DNA of 64,000 nucleotides from positions 3,392,001-3,456,000 of the forward strand of contig OZ242011.1 in the NCBI GenBank assembly GCA_965204755.1, read 5' to 3'. The notes under the pieces are model-generated. The model was not told the DNA's origin and ran no database searches. It saw only the letters and a list, made by a program, of their open reading frames with translations. This DNA comes from Candidatus Marinacidobacterium sp. (GTDB lineage Bacteria; Acidobacteriota; Vicinamibacteria; Marinacidobacterales; Marinacidobacteraceae). The position numbers and the translations under genes are program-made. Shown here in pieces: positions 47,008 to 56,009 of the stretch (within the stretch, counting starts at the first letter, position 1; every line of letters starts with the position of its first letter).

Positions 47008-50000
47008 ATGAGCAGCGCTGGCGGTCGGCGAAGTCGCGCGGCCGTGGCGTCCTCGTGGGCTGGGACGACGGGGTCTCTCGGCGAGTACATCAAGAGCGAG
47101 TCCCGGAGGACCCTCTCGGCGTACCGAAAGCAGCCGACACTGGTCGCTGAGCACGCGAACCTGGAGATCGGGACGGCCGGCGGCGGGTACGCCGACCGTC
47201 AACTCGTGGAGTTGATCCAGAACAGCGCGGACGCTCTTGCGGGGCCGGCGGTCGGGGAGCGGGGACGCATCTCGATACGGTTGACCGACGACTGCCTGTA
47301 CTGCGCCGACAACGGGGACGAGATGGACGAAGACGGCGCCCGGGCGCTCATGTTCTCGCACCTCTCGCCGAAGCGGAGGGAGAGCGAGATCGGAAGGTTC
47401 GGCCTCGGGTTCAAGGCCGTACTCGGCGTTTCCGACGCGCCGGAGTTCTACAGCCGATCCGGGTCGTTTCGATTCGACCGCGGGAAGACTGCCGACCGCA
47501 TCCGCAAGATCGTTCCCGACCACGAGACTTACCCCGCGCTGCGTCTGGCGACCCCGATCGACCCGCGTGTGGCGGCGAGAGGGAATCGCATCCTCGCCGA
47601 GGAGATGGTTTGGGCTCGGAACATCGTTCGGCTGCCTCTTCTCGCGGGTGCGCGCAGTCGGCTGGAAGAGCAGATGCGGTCGTTTCCCACACCCTTCCTG
47701 CTCTTCGTCGAACATGTGCGCAGCCTTTCACTCTCGGGACACCGGGAGGATGAGGTCACCTGCGAAGTCGTGGAGAGGCGCGCCGACGGTGAGTGTGTAC
47801 TGCGGGTCGACGACGAGGAGCAGAAGTGGATCGTCTTCCGTCGGCGTCACCGTTTGTCGGAGGAAGCCATTGCCGAGTGGGCGCTGATCCGCGACCGAGC
47901 GGTAGTGCCGCTGTCGTGGGCCTTTCCGCAGGATGCCAGGCAGCGCGACGAACATCGCCACTTCTGGGCGTACTTCCGCACGGGAACGGAGAGTCTCGTT
48001 CCCGGAATCCTCAATGCGCCGTGGAAGACGAACGAGGACCGACAGAACCTCCTGCCGGGCGCGTTCAACCGGGACCTGCTCCAGGCGTCAGCGGACCTGA
48101 TCGTCCGCGAGCTCGGAAGTCTTCGTACCGCTGACGACCCGGCCCGCCACCTTGATGCGCTGCCGCGCCGCCAGGAGTCCGGCGACTCGGAACAGAGCAA
48201 GGAACTTCGAGTTTCCCTCATTTCGCAACTGCGCCATGACGCCGTTGTTCCCGACCAGACCGGGACCCTGCGCCCGATCGAGAGGTTGCAATATCCGCCG
48301 AAGGATGCGCCCCTCGCCGCCCTGGAGCGGTGGGCCGAGTGTGAGACGAGGCCCGCCGATTGGCTGCATGTTCGAGCGGCTTCCCGGGACCGAATCGCAA
48401 CGATCGGTCGGTTGTGGCGGTATCACCGGGCGAACCCGGAAGCCCGGGTCGGTGACCTGTCGTCATCCGTCCGTGGTCCGAGCGGGGCGAGCGACGCCGA
48501 CTTGCCGAGGGAGTCCGCCGAGGACTGGCTGGAAGCGCTGTTTTCGCCAGGACTGGATGAGGAGCAGGCCGCACGGGCGTCCCGGGTCGCCGTGCAGACT
48601 GCTGCGCTCCTTCCAGCGGGTCGTCACGACGGCGCACGGCACGACTTGGGAGAGATCGTCCTGACGGCCGCGGGCGGCCGCGCGCGCTTGGACCCCGCTG
48701 CCGTGTTCGTGCCTCGGAGAGGAACGGATGACGGGACTCAGGTATCGGCTGAACTCCTCGTGCATCCCAGAGTCGCCGAAGATGAGAAGACGCGGGCGGC
48801 GCTCGAGAAACTGGGACTCGGTGAGCCGCCGGCCGAGGCGGCGCTGCGAGCAGCCGTGAGGGAGATAACGGAGGCGCCGGGCGACAGCGCCCATCGGAAG
48901 TTTTGGTCGTGTGTCCGGGAGTCGTTGGCCAAGGACGGGCCGGACGCAGTGGCGGCGATTCTCGACGAGAACGAGTTCGCTCTTCGTCAAGTTCGGATTC
49001 GCACCGAGTCCGGCGCCTGGGAACCTGCCCACAGCGTTCTCCTGCCCGGCAGGATCGCTCGTGCGGGTGTCTCGGACGACTCGGATGTCACTGTGGACAT
49101 CGACTATCACCGAAGCGAACTTCCATTCCTGACCCACTTCGGTGTCGTGGAAGCGCCTGAACTTCGGGATCTCGGTCTGGAGTCGCTCGTGAACTATCGG
49201 GCCGAGTGCGTCGAGCGGTTCCGTTCCGACTGTAAGGGGGAGGGAGGCAGAGTGCCCATGTCGAACCGCCTCCGCTTCGAGAGCACCGAGGGAGTGGGCC
49301 CGCTTTCCGTGCTGTCTCGTTTGTCACACGAGGGCCGGGCGCTCTACACCGAAGCGATGCTCGGACTCGAAGCGACATACGCGCCGTGGACGATGGCGCA
49401 CGACGCTGGCGGTTACCCACCGCGGACCTTTCGTTCTCCCTCGCTGCGGGAGATCGAGCGACACGGACGACTCCGCGCGCGCGGCGGCAGCGTTCCATTC
49501 CAGGACGCTCTCGGTGAACCACCGAAGAGCGAGGAAGCGCTGCGGTTTCTCCTCGAGCATTCTCAGGCCGCGCGGATCCGACGGGTCTTTCGCTTGGCGA
49601 ACCTCACGCCGGAGTTCTTCGGCGAGGGCGAGCCGGAGCCGTTGTTCGATGTGTGGCCCGGACTGCAGGAGCATCTTCCCGACGCTTGGAAGGATTCGGA
49701 CTTGCGGCCGTGTGAACGAATCGTCGGGCTGGATGATCGGCCGTGCGCGACCTATCGCGGCGATGTCTATCTCGTTCGAACCGGGGACGATTCGGACGAC
49801 CTCAAGGCAGTTGCCGAAGAGTTGAATTTGGACCTTCGCGACGACCAGGTCGAGGACATCGCCAATCGGACGACACCCCAGGAAGTGGCCGCCCGACGGG
49901 CTGCCGTCCGCGCCTTGCCGAGCGAGGCGGAACGACTGCTCCGAGCCGTGGGAGAGGCAGGACTGCGGGCGCGGCTGCCGGGGTCGCTGGTGGCGCATCT

Positions 50001-51477
50001 GAGTGGAAGGAGCGAGGAAATATCGGGCGTGCGTATCGCGGAGGCGGCGATCGCGGTCTTCCAGACGGACACACTCCACGAATATCGCCGCTCGCTCGCG
50101 AAGTTCGCTCCGCCGCGGAAGTGGGCCGGATCGACCAAAGCGGTGGAATTCGTGGAATCGCTCGGCTTCCCTCCCGACTGGGCGGGTGAACCGGGCGGGA
50201 AGCGGGAGCCGTATATCGAAGTCGAGGGGCGCTTTCGTTTGGAGCCTCTGCACGATTACCAGCAGCAGATCGTGGCGGCGGTCCGTGCGATGTCGAACTC
50301 CACCAGCGAGGGGCCGACCGAGCGTCGGGGCATGCTCAGTCTTCCGACCGGGGCAGGGAAGACGCGGATCGCGGTGCAATCTCTCGTCGAGGCGCTGGTC
50401 GACGGGCAACTGTGCGGGCCGATTCTGTGGGTCGCCGATCGCGACGAACTCTGTGAACAGGCGGTCGAATCTTGGCGTCAGATCTGGTCGGCCAAGGGCA
50501 AGCCGGGAACCGTGCTCCGCGTCTCAAGACTCTGGGGAGGGCAGCGGGCGCCGGGTACCGCGCGCGATCTGCATGTGGTTGTCGCGACGATCCAGACGCT
50601 CCGGAGCCGCCTGTCTCGGCAGACGCTTCGGCCCGATTTCCAACTCGTCGTAGTCGATGAGGCCCACCGAACACTGGCGCAGAGTTTCACTCTGGTGTTG
50701 GCGGCGCTCGGACTCAAGCACCGCCGGAAGCCCGACGAGCCGTTCCTGCTCGGTTTGACGGCCACACCGTATCGCGGGTACGACGAAGACGAAACGAAGC
50801 GGCTCGTGAACCGCTACGGGAAAAACCGCCTGGATAGGGGAGTGTTCGGCGCCGCCGATTCGCAGGGAGTCGTTGTCGCGCTTCAGCAGCAGCGGATCCT
50901 CGCGCTCGCGGACCAGATGACCATCGAGGGAACGCGGCTCGAGATGACTGCGGAAGAGCGGCGGAAGATGGACCGGGCGCCGCACTGGCTCCCGGAGCAG
51001 GTCGAACGGCGAATCGGACAGGACCTGGAGCGGACGGAGCGGATCGTGGACGCGTTCGTGAGCCGTCGGAAGGCGGCTGGCCCGACCCTCATCTTCGCCA
51101 CTTCGGTGGAACACGCGCACACGGTGTCGGCGCTCCTGAACTTGCGGCGCGTCCGGTCCCGCGCCGTCAGCGGGAACACGAACCGGGGCACGCGGCGGCG
51201 GATCGTCGAAGAGTTTCGAGCGGAAGAGATCGAGGTTCTCGTGAACTACGGCGTCTTCCGTGAGGGGTTCGATGCGCCGAAGACTCGGACGATCATCGTG
51301 GCGCGGCCGGTGTACAGCCCGAACCTCTACTTCCAGATGATCGGGCGCGGGCTGCGCGGCGAGAAGAACGGCGGGAATGAGCGATGCCTGATCCTCAATG
51401 TCGCGGACAACATCGTGAACTTCAGGCGGAAACTCGCGTTCTCCGAGTTGGACTGGCTGTGGGCGGCCGGCGCGTAA
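47008..51477 (+). CDS. Sacsin/NOV-like GHKL ATPase fused to a ResIII-type SF2 helicase
   Basis: ELIQNSAD, ADNG, IGRFGLGFKAV; LPTGAGKT, DEAH, LTATP, EGFDAP, QMIGRGLR; ATG 47008 lies 8 nt after TGgTACGAT. Confidence 0.85.
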   Translation: MSSAGGRRSRAAVASSWAGTTGSLGEYIKSESRRTLSAYRKQPTLVAEHANLEIGTAGGGYADRQLVELIQNSADALAGPAVGERGRISIRLTDDCLYCADNGDEMDEDGARALMFSHLSPKRRESEIGRFGLGFKAVLGVSDAPEFYSRSGSFRFDRGKTADRIRKIVPDHETYPALRLATPIDPRVAARGNRILAEEMVWARNIVRLPLLAGARSRLEEQMRSFPTPFLLFVEHVRSLSLSGHREDEVTCEVVERRADGECVLRVDDEEQKWIVFRRRHRLSEEAIAEWALIRDRAVVPLSWAFPQDARQRDEHRHFWAYFRTGTESLVPGILNAPWKTNEDRQNLLPGAFNRDLLQASADLIVRELGSLRTADDPARHLDALPRRQESGDSEQSKELRVSLISQLRHDAVVPDQTGTLRPIERLQYPPKDAPLAALERWAECETRPADWLHVRAASRDRIATIGRLWRYHRANPEARVGDLSSSVRGPSGASDADLPRESAEDWLEALFSPGLDEEQAARASRVAVQTAALLPAGRHDGARHDLGEIVLTAAGGRARLDPAAVFVPRRGTDDGTQVSAELLVHPRVAEDEKTRAALEKLGLGEPPAEAALRAAVREITEAPGDSAHRKFWSCVRESLAKDGPDAVAAILDENEFALRQVRIRTESGAWEPAHSVLLPGRIARAGVSDDSDVTVDIDYHRSELPFLTHFGVVEAPELRDLGLESLVNYRAECVERFRSDCKGEGGRVPMSNRLRFESTEGVGPLSVLSRLSHEGRALYTEAMLGLEATYAPWTMAHDAGGYPPRTFRSPSLREIERHGRLRARGGSVPFQDALGEPPKSEEALRFLLEHSQAARIRRVFRLANLTPEFFGEGEPEPLFDVWPGLQEHLPDAWKDSDLRPCERIVGLDDRPCATYRGDVYLVRTGDDSDDLKAVAEELNLDLRDDQVEDIANRTTPQEVAARRAAVRALPSEAERLLRAVGEAGLRARLPGSLVAHLSGRSEEISGVRIAEAAIAVFQTDTLHEYRRSLAKFAPPRKWAGSTKAVEFVESLGFPPDWAGEPGGKREPYIEVEGRFRLEPLHDYQQQIVAAVRAMSNSTSEGPTERRGMLSLPTGAGKTRIAVQSLVEALVDGQLCGPILWVADRDELCEQAVESWRQIWSAKGKPGTVLRVSRLWGGQRAPGTARDLHVVVATIQTLRSRLSRQTLRPDFQLVVVDEAHRTLAQSFTLVLAALGLKHRRKPDEPFLLGLTATPYRGYDEDETKRLVNRYGKNRLDRGVFGAADSQGVVVALQQQRILALADQMTIEGTRLEMTAEERRKMDRAPHWLPEQVERRIGQDLERTERIVDAFVSRRKAAGPTLIFATSVEHAHTVSALLNLRRVRSRAVSGNTNRGTRRRIVEEFRAEEIEVLVNYGVFREGFDAPKTRTIIVARPVYSPNLYFQMIGRGLRGEKNGGNERCLILNVADNIVNFRRKLAFSELDWLWAAGA

Positions 51478-51501
51478 CCTGACGAAGCGCTGCCGCCGTC
51501 G

Positions 51502-53856
51502 TCAGGGGATCGGGCGGCGGAGGCGTAGGGCGTTTCCGACGACGGAGAGGGACGAGAGCGCCATCGCGGCGGCGGCGACTTCCGGGGAGAGGAGCGCGCC
51601 GGTCGCGGGGTAGAAGACGCCGGCCGCGAGGGGGATGGCGGCGGTGTTGTAGGCGAAGGCCCAGAACAGGTTCTGGCGGATGACGCGGACGCCCTTCCGC
51701 GACAGGCGGACGGCCGCGCTCACCAGGCGGAGGTCGGGGCGGAGGAGGCTCACCGGGGCGGCTTCGCGGGCGACTTCCGCGCCTCCGGCGAAGGCGATCC
51801 CGACTTCGGCGCGGGCAAGGGCGGGGGCGTCGTTGATGCCGTCGCCGACCATGGCGACCGCGCCGTGTTGCGCCCGCAGGCGGTCGAGCGCGGTGAGTTT
51901 GTCCTCCGGGAGGAGGCCGCCCTCGGTTTCGGCGATGCCCGCCGAGCGCCCCGCCGCGGCGACAGCCTCCGGGGAGTCGCCGGAGAGGAGCGACACCGCC
52001 AGTCCGTCGGCGGCGAGGCGGCGGACGGCGTCCGTTGCCTCCGCGCGCAGGTCGTCCCGGAACCCCACGGCGCCGAGGAGTTCTGCCTCGCCGGATTCCG
52101 GGAGCCGGACGACGAGGAGCCGCCCCGAAGACGCCGCGCCCGCGCCGGCGCCCCCTGAATCCGCCGGCGCCGGGAGGGCGCCGTGTTCGCGGGCCAGCCG
52201 GTCGCTCCCGACCAGGACGCGTTCGCCGGTTTCGAGCGACGCCGAGATTCCCCGGCCCGGAAGCGCCTCGAACCGGGCGAGCGGGGTCATCGCGGTCCCC
52301 TCCGCCGCGGCGAAGGCGAGCACCGCGCGGCCCAGCGGGTGCTCCGAGCCCTGTTCGGCGGAGGCGAGCAGGCGCAGGAAATCGCCCCGCGGGACGCCTT
52401 CCGCCGGCTCGACCCGGGCGACCACCGGTTCGCCGGTGGTGAGGGTGCCGGTCTTGTCGAGCGCCACCGCCCGCACCGCCGAGAGCGCCTCCAGCGCGGC
52501 GCCGTTCCGGAACAGGATGCCCCGGCGGGCGCTCTGGCCGGTGGCGACCAGGACGGCGATCGGCGCGGCGAGGCCGATGGCGCAGGGGCAGGCGACCACC
52601 AGCACCGCCACGCCGCGGGCGATGGCGAAGGCGGCGCCCGAGCCGGACAGCAGCCAGGCGGCGACGCAGACGGCGGCGATCCCCATCACCACCGGCACGA
52701 ACACGCCGGCCACCCGGTCGGCGGCGCGCTGGATCGGGATCTTCTCCGCCTGCGCCCGGCGGACGGCGGCGGCGATGCGCGACAGCGTGCTCTCCCCGGA
52801 GGGGCGGGTGACCGTGAGGTCGAAGAAGCCGCTCAGGTTCATCGCGCCGGCGCGCACCGGGTCGGGGGCCGCGCGCTCCACCGGGACGCTCTCACCGGTG
52901 AGCGCGGACTCGTCGAGGCTCGCGCCGCCGGAGACGATTTCGCCGTCGAGGGGCACCCGCTCCCCCGGCCGCACCCGGAGGCGGGCGCCGACCGCGACGC
53001 GCTCCACCGGGACCTCGGTCTCCTCGTCCTCCGCGACGATCCGCGCCGTTCGCGGCGTGAGCGCGAGCAGGCCGGAGAGCGCTTCGGAGGCGCGGCCCCG
53101 CGCCCGGGTCTCGAAGTACCGCCCCAAGGTGACGAACGCGATCACCAGCGCCGCGGTGTCGAAGAAGAGCGGGGCGCCGGGGCGGAACAGGGCGGCGGCC
53201 GAGGCGGCGTAGGCGGTGCCCGTTCCGAGCCCGATCAGGCTGTCCATCCCGAAGACGCGGCGCCGGAGCGCGAGGCCGAGCGCGGAGAGGAAGGGGCGGC
53301 CGAAGAACCAGGCCACCGGCGTCGCGAGGGCGAACTGGCCGAGGCGCCCGGCCGGGGTCTCGCCGAACGGGCTCATACGGACCGCCATGGCGAGCCCGGC
53401 GAGCGCGAGCGCGGCGGCCACCGGTCGGAACCGGCTCACCGCCGCGTCGAACGCGTCCTCTCCGGCCGCCGGGGCGGCGTCTTCTCCGGGGGCCTCGACA
53501 CCGGCTTCCCGGACTTCGGCGGGAGGGCCCCCCGCACCATCGGGTCGAGCGGCGTCCGCCGCCGGGGCGGCGTCCGCGAGCAGTCGGTACGGGCCGGCGT
53601 CCGCCACCGCCCGCGCGATCTCTTCCCGGATTTCCGCGCCGGGGGCCGCGGCCGACCCGCTCCCCCCGTTCCCCTCCGCCGGCGACAGCGTCACGGCGAG
53701 GTCCCCGGTGACCAGGCTCACCGAGACCGCCTCCACTCCCGGCACCCGGAGCACCGCCTTCTCGATCCCGGTGACGCAGCCGGCGCAGTGCATCCCCTCC
53801 ACCCGGGCTTCCAGCCGCGCGCCGGCCGACGGCGCCGGCGAGGTCCCCGGGTTCAC
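51502..53856 (-). CDS. copA: Cu(I)-translocating P1B-type ATPase
   Basis: GMHCAGC, TGES, ACPC, DKTGT, SEHP, GDGIND, YN and MALSS. Confidence 0.92.
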   Translation of the reverse strand: MNPGTSPAPSAGARLEARVEGMHCAGCVTGIEKAVLRVPGVEAVSVSLVTGDLAVTLSPAEGNGGSGSAAAPGAEIREEIARAVADAGPYRLLADAAPAADAARPDGAGGPPAEVREAGVEAPGEDAAPAAGEDAFDAAVSRFRPVAAALALAGLAMAVRMSPFGETPAGRLGQFALATPVAWFFGRPFLSALGLALRRRVFGMDSLIGLGTGTAYAASAAALFRPGAPLFFDTAALVIAFVTLGRYFETRARGRASEALSGLLALTPRTARIVAEDEETEVPVERVAVGARLRVRPGERVPLDGEIVSGGASLDESALTGESVPVERAAPDPVRAGAMNLSGFFDLTVTRPSGESTLSRIAAAVRRAQAEKIPIQRAADRVAGVFVPVVMGIAAVCVAAWLLSGSGAAFAIARGVAVLVVACPCAIGLAAPIAVLVATGQSARRGILFRNGAALEALSAVRAVALDKTGTLTTGEPVVARVEPAEGVPRGDFLRLLASAEQGSEHPLGRAVLAFAAAEGTAMTPLARFEALPGRGISASLETGERVLVGSDRLAREHGALPAPADSGGAGAGAASSGRLLVVRLPESGEAELLGAVGFRDDLRAEATDAVRRLAADGLAVSLLSGDSPEAVAAAGRSAGIAETEGGLLPEDKLTALDRLRAQHGAVAMVGDGINDAPALARAEVGIAFAGGAEVAREAAPVSLLRPDLRLVSAAVRLSRKGVRVIRQNLFWAFAYNTAAIPLAAGVFYPATGALLSPEVAAAAMALSSLSVVGNALRLRRPIP

Positions 53857-55724
53857 AGGACTCCGTGGAGGGGGCCGCCGGGCGCCGCGAGCGAGTCCAC
53901 CCGGCGGGTGACCGCGGGATCCTCGACCAACGGAGGCGCGTGGTGCGGTTTCAGCCGGGCGTCGAGGACCAGCGGCTCCGCGCAACTCCAGTGCTTGTGG
54001 CGGGTCGCGGCGCGCCGGCCGTGGACATCGTGCGACGGGTTGGACCGGGTGAACGCCACCCACAGGAAGTTGCGGAGACTCTCGGCGGCGAAGGCCGGAT
54101 CGTCGCAGAGGACCAGCAGCGGAACCGAGGAGACCGGGACCCCGGCCTTTTCGGCGGCGTCGAGTCCGGCGAAGAGCGGCGCGAGACCGGCGGAGGCCTG
54201 CTCGGACGAAGTGAACGGCGGCCCGCCGACGACCGCCATGCCGGGGAGGACGAGGCGGAGGCCGGGGAACGCCGCCGGGAGCGCCTCGCCGAACCCCGCG
54301 GGGACTTCCGTCGCCAACTCCCGGCGGGGAGCGCCGGCCCCGGCGACGACCAACTTCGACCCCGCGTTCAGCCCCTCCCCGGAGTAGTCGAGCGTGTCGA
54401 TCGTCGTGCGGGTCTGGAAATGGAGGTCGGTCGCGAAGTCCGTCCGGCCCAGGACATGGGCCAGCAGAGCCGGGACATCGGCGGCGGCCAGGGACGGGTC
54501 GTCTTCCCGCGCCGCGAGGAACAGGTACTTCGCCAGCGAGCACTGCCCGAACCCGAGGATCGCGTTGGCCATCGTCCACAGTTCCTGCGGGCGCCGCCCG
54601 GTGAACGGCGAGTACCGCTCGCTCCCGACCGCGAGCAGCAGCGGGTGCACCCCGGCGGCGTCCACGGCGTGCACCGAATGGACGCCGGGGAGCGAAGTGG
54701 GAACCATCGGTTCCGTGATCTCGTGGATCAGCCGGCCGAAGGCGGTGTCTTCCTGCGGCGGGCGGCCCACCACGGTCAGCGGCCAGACCGCGCCCTCGCG
54801 GTGCGTCACCCGCGTCACCCGGAGCACCGGGAACGGGTGCTTGAGGCTGTAGTAGCCGAGGTGGTCGCCGAAGGGGCCTTCCGGCAGCGTCCGACCGGGG
54901 TCCACGAAGCCGGTGATCGTGAAGTCGGCGTCGGCGGAGACGACGAAGCCGTCCGGGCGGCGCAGCCAGCGGAACCGCCGCCCGGCGAGCATCCCCGCGA
55001 AGAGGAGTTCGCTCAGCCCTTCCGGCAGCGGCATGACCGCGGCCAGCGCGTGGGCCGGGGGGCCGCCCACGAAAACGCTCACCGGGAGCGGTTCGCCCCG
55101 GCGCTCGGCCTCGGTGTGGTGGATGCCGATGCCGCGGTGGATCTGGTAGTGCATCCCGGCTTCGTCCGGGCCGTACTCGTTCCCGTCGAGTTGGATGCGG
55201 TACATGCCCAGGTTCGAGGCGAGCGGAGAGCCGGAGCGGCGGGCGCCGGGCGTCTCGGTGAAGACCTGGGGCAGGGTGATGAACGCGCCGCCGTCGTCCG
55301 GCCAGGAAGTGATCCGGGGCAGTCGCGAGAGGGGGATCTCCCGCTGCCCGCTCGCCGCCGCGCGGACGCGGAGGGGCAGGGAGTGCGCGGCGGCCCCGGC
55401 GGCGCGCAGCAGCGTCCCGGGCGAGCGGCGGAGGTCGGCGAGCGCGCGCGCCGGGTTCGCCCGGTAGCGGACGGCGGCCTTCGCGGCTTCGAGTCCGTCG
55501 CGCAGGAGGAACCGCGCCCGCTCCATCGTCCCGAACAGGTTCGAGACGCAGGGGAACGGGGCCCCGGTGACGCGCTCGAAGAGGATCGCGGGCCCCTCGG
55601 CGGCGTAGGCCCGTCGCTGGACCTCGGCGACTTCGAGGTGGCCGTCCACCGGTTCCGATATCCGGACGAGCATCCGGTGGCGCTCGAGGTCCGCGAGCGC
55701 GTCGGCGAGGGAGCGGTAGGGCAT
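53853..55724 (-). CDS. UbiD-family decarboxylase
   Basis: NLFGT, DGGAFITLP, NLGMYR, EGPFGDHLGYYS, VGRPPQED. Confidence 0.92.
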   Translation of the reverse strand: MPYRSLADALADLERHRMLVRISEPVDGHLEVAEVQRRAYAAEGPAILFERVTGAPFPCVSNLFGTMERARFLLRDGLEAAKAAVRYRANPARALADLRRSPGTLLRAAGAAAHSLPLRVRAAASGQREIPLSRLPRITSWPDDGGAFITLPQVFTETPGARRSGSPLASNLGMYRIQLDGNEYGPDEAGMHYQIHRGIGIHHTEAERRGEPLPVSVFVGGPPAHALAAVMPLPEGLSELLFAGMLAGRRFRWLRRPDGFVVSADADFTITGFVDPGRTLPEGPFGDHLGYYSLKHPFPVLRVTRVTHREGAVWPLTVVGRPPQEDTAFGRLIHEITEPMVPTSLPGVHSVHAVDAAGVHPLLLAVGSERYSPFTGRRPQELWTMANAILGFGQCSLAKYLFLAAREDDPSLAAADVPALLAHVLGRTDFATDLHFQTRTTIDTLDYSGEGLNAGSKLVVAGAGAPRRELATEVPAGFGEALPAAFPGLRLVLPGMAVVGGPPFTSSEQASAGLAPLFAGLDAAEKAGVPVSSVPLLVLCDDPAFAAESLRNFLWVAFTRSNPSHDVHGRRAATRHKHWSCAEPLVLDARLKPHHAPPLVEDPAVTRRVDSLAAPGGPLHGVL

Positions 55725-55826
55725 CGGGGGCGTCGATCGGGAGCGAAAAAGGGTAGCCGGCGATTCCGGCGCCGGCGGCGCCTTCGAATGTGTTTCGGGC
55801 GCCCACGGCGGTTCCCGCGGTCCCCG

Positions 55827-55989
55827 CGCCGGTCGCCCGACCCGGCTCATCCGCGCCTTCCTCGACGGCCCCTCAGCCGCGGCCCGCCGCCCTGTGCGGC
55901 GGGGCGATTCCGCGTGACGGGAATCAGCTCAATTGGGGTATCCGCTCGGTCGTCGAGGTCGGCGCCGGCTGTGGAGCGGAAGACCGGCG
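55827..55989. ncRNA. Candidate structured intergenic RNA, family unknown
   Basis: Nested complementary arms enclosing two hairpins (see findings). Confidence 0.35.
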
Positions 55990-56009
55990 ACTCCTGGCGG
56001 TCGCGGGGC

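Noticed and set aside
55905-55955. TPP riboswitch resemblance on the minus strand (CCGAG...ATACCC...TTGAGCTGA)
   Set aside because: Lacks the CTGAGA and GCG.AGGGA consensus elements, and no thiamine genes follow
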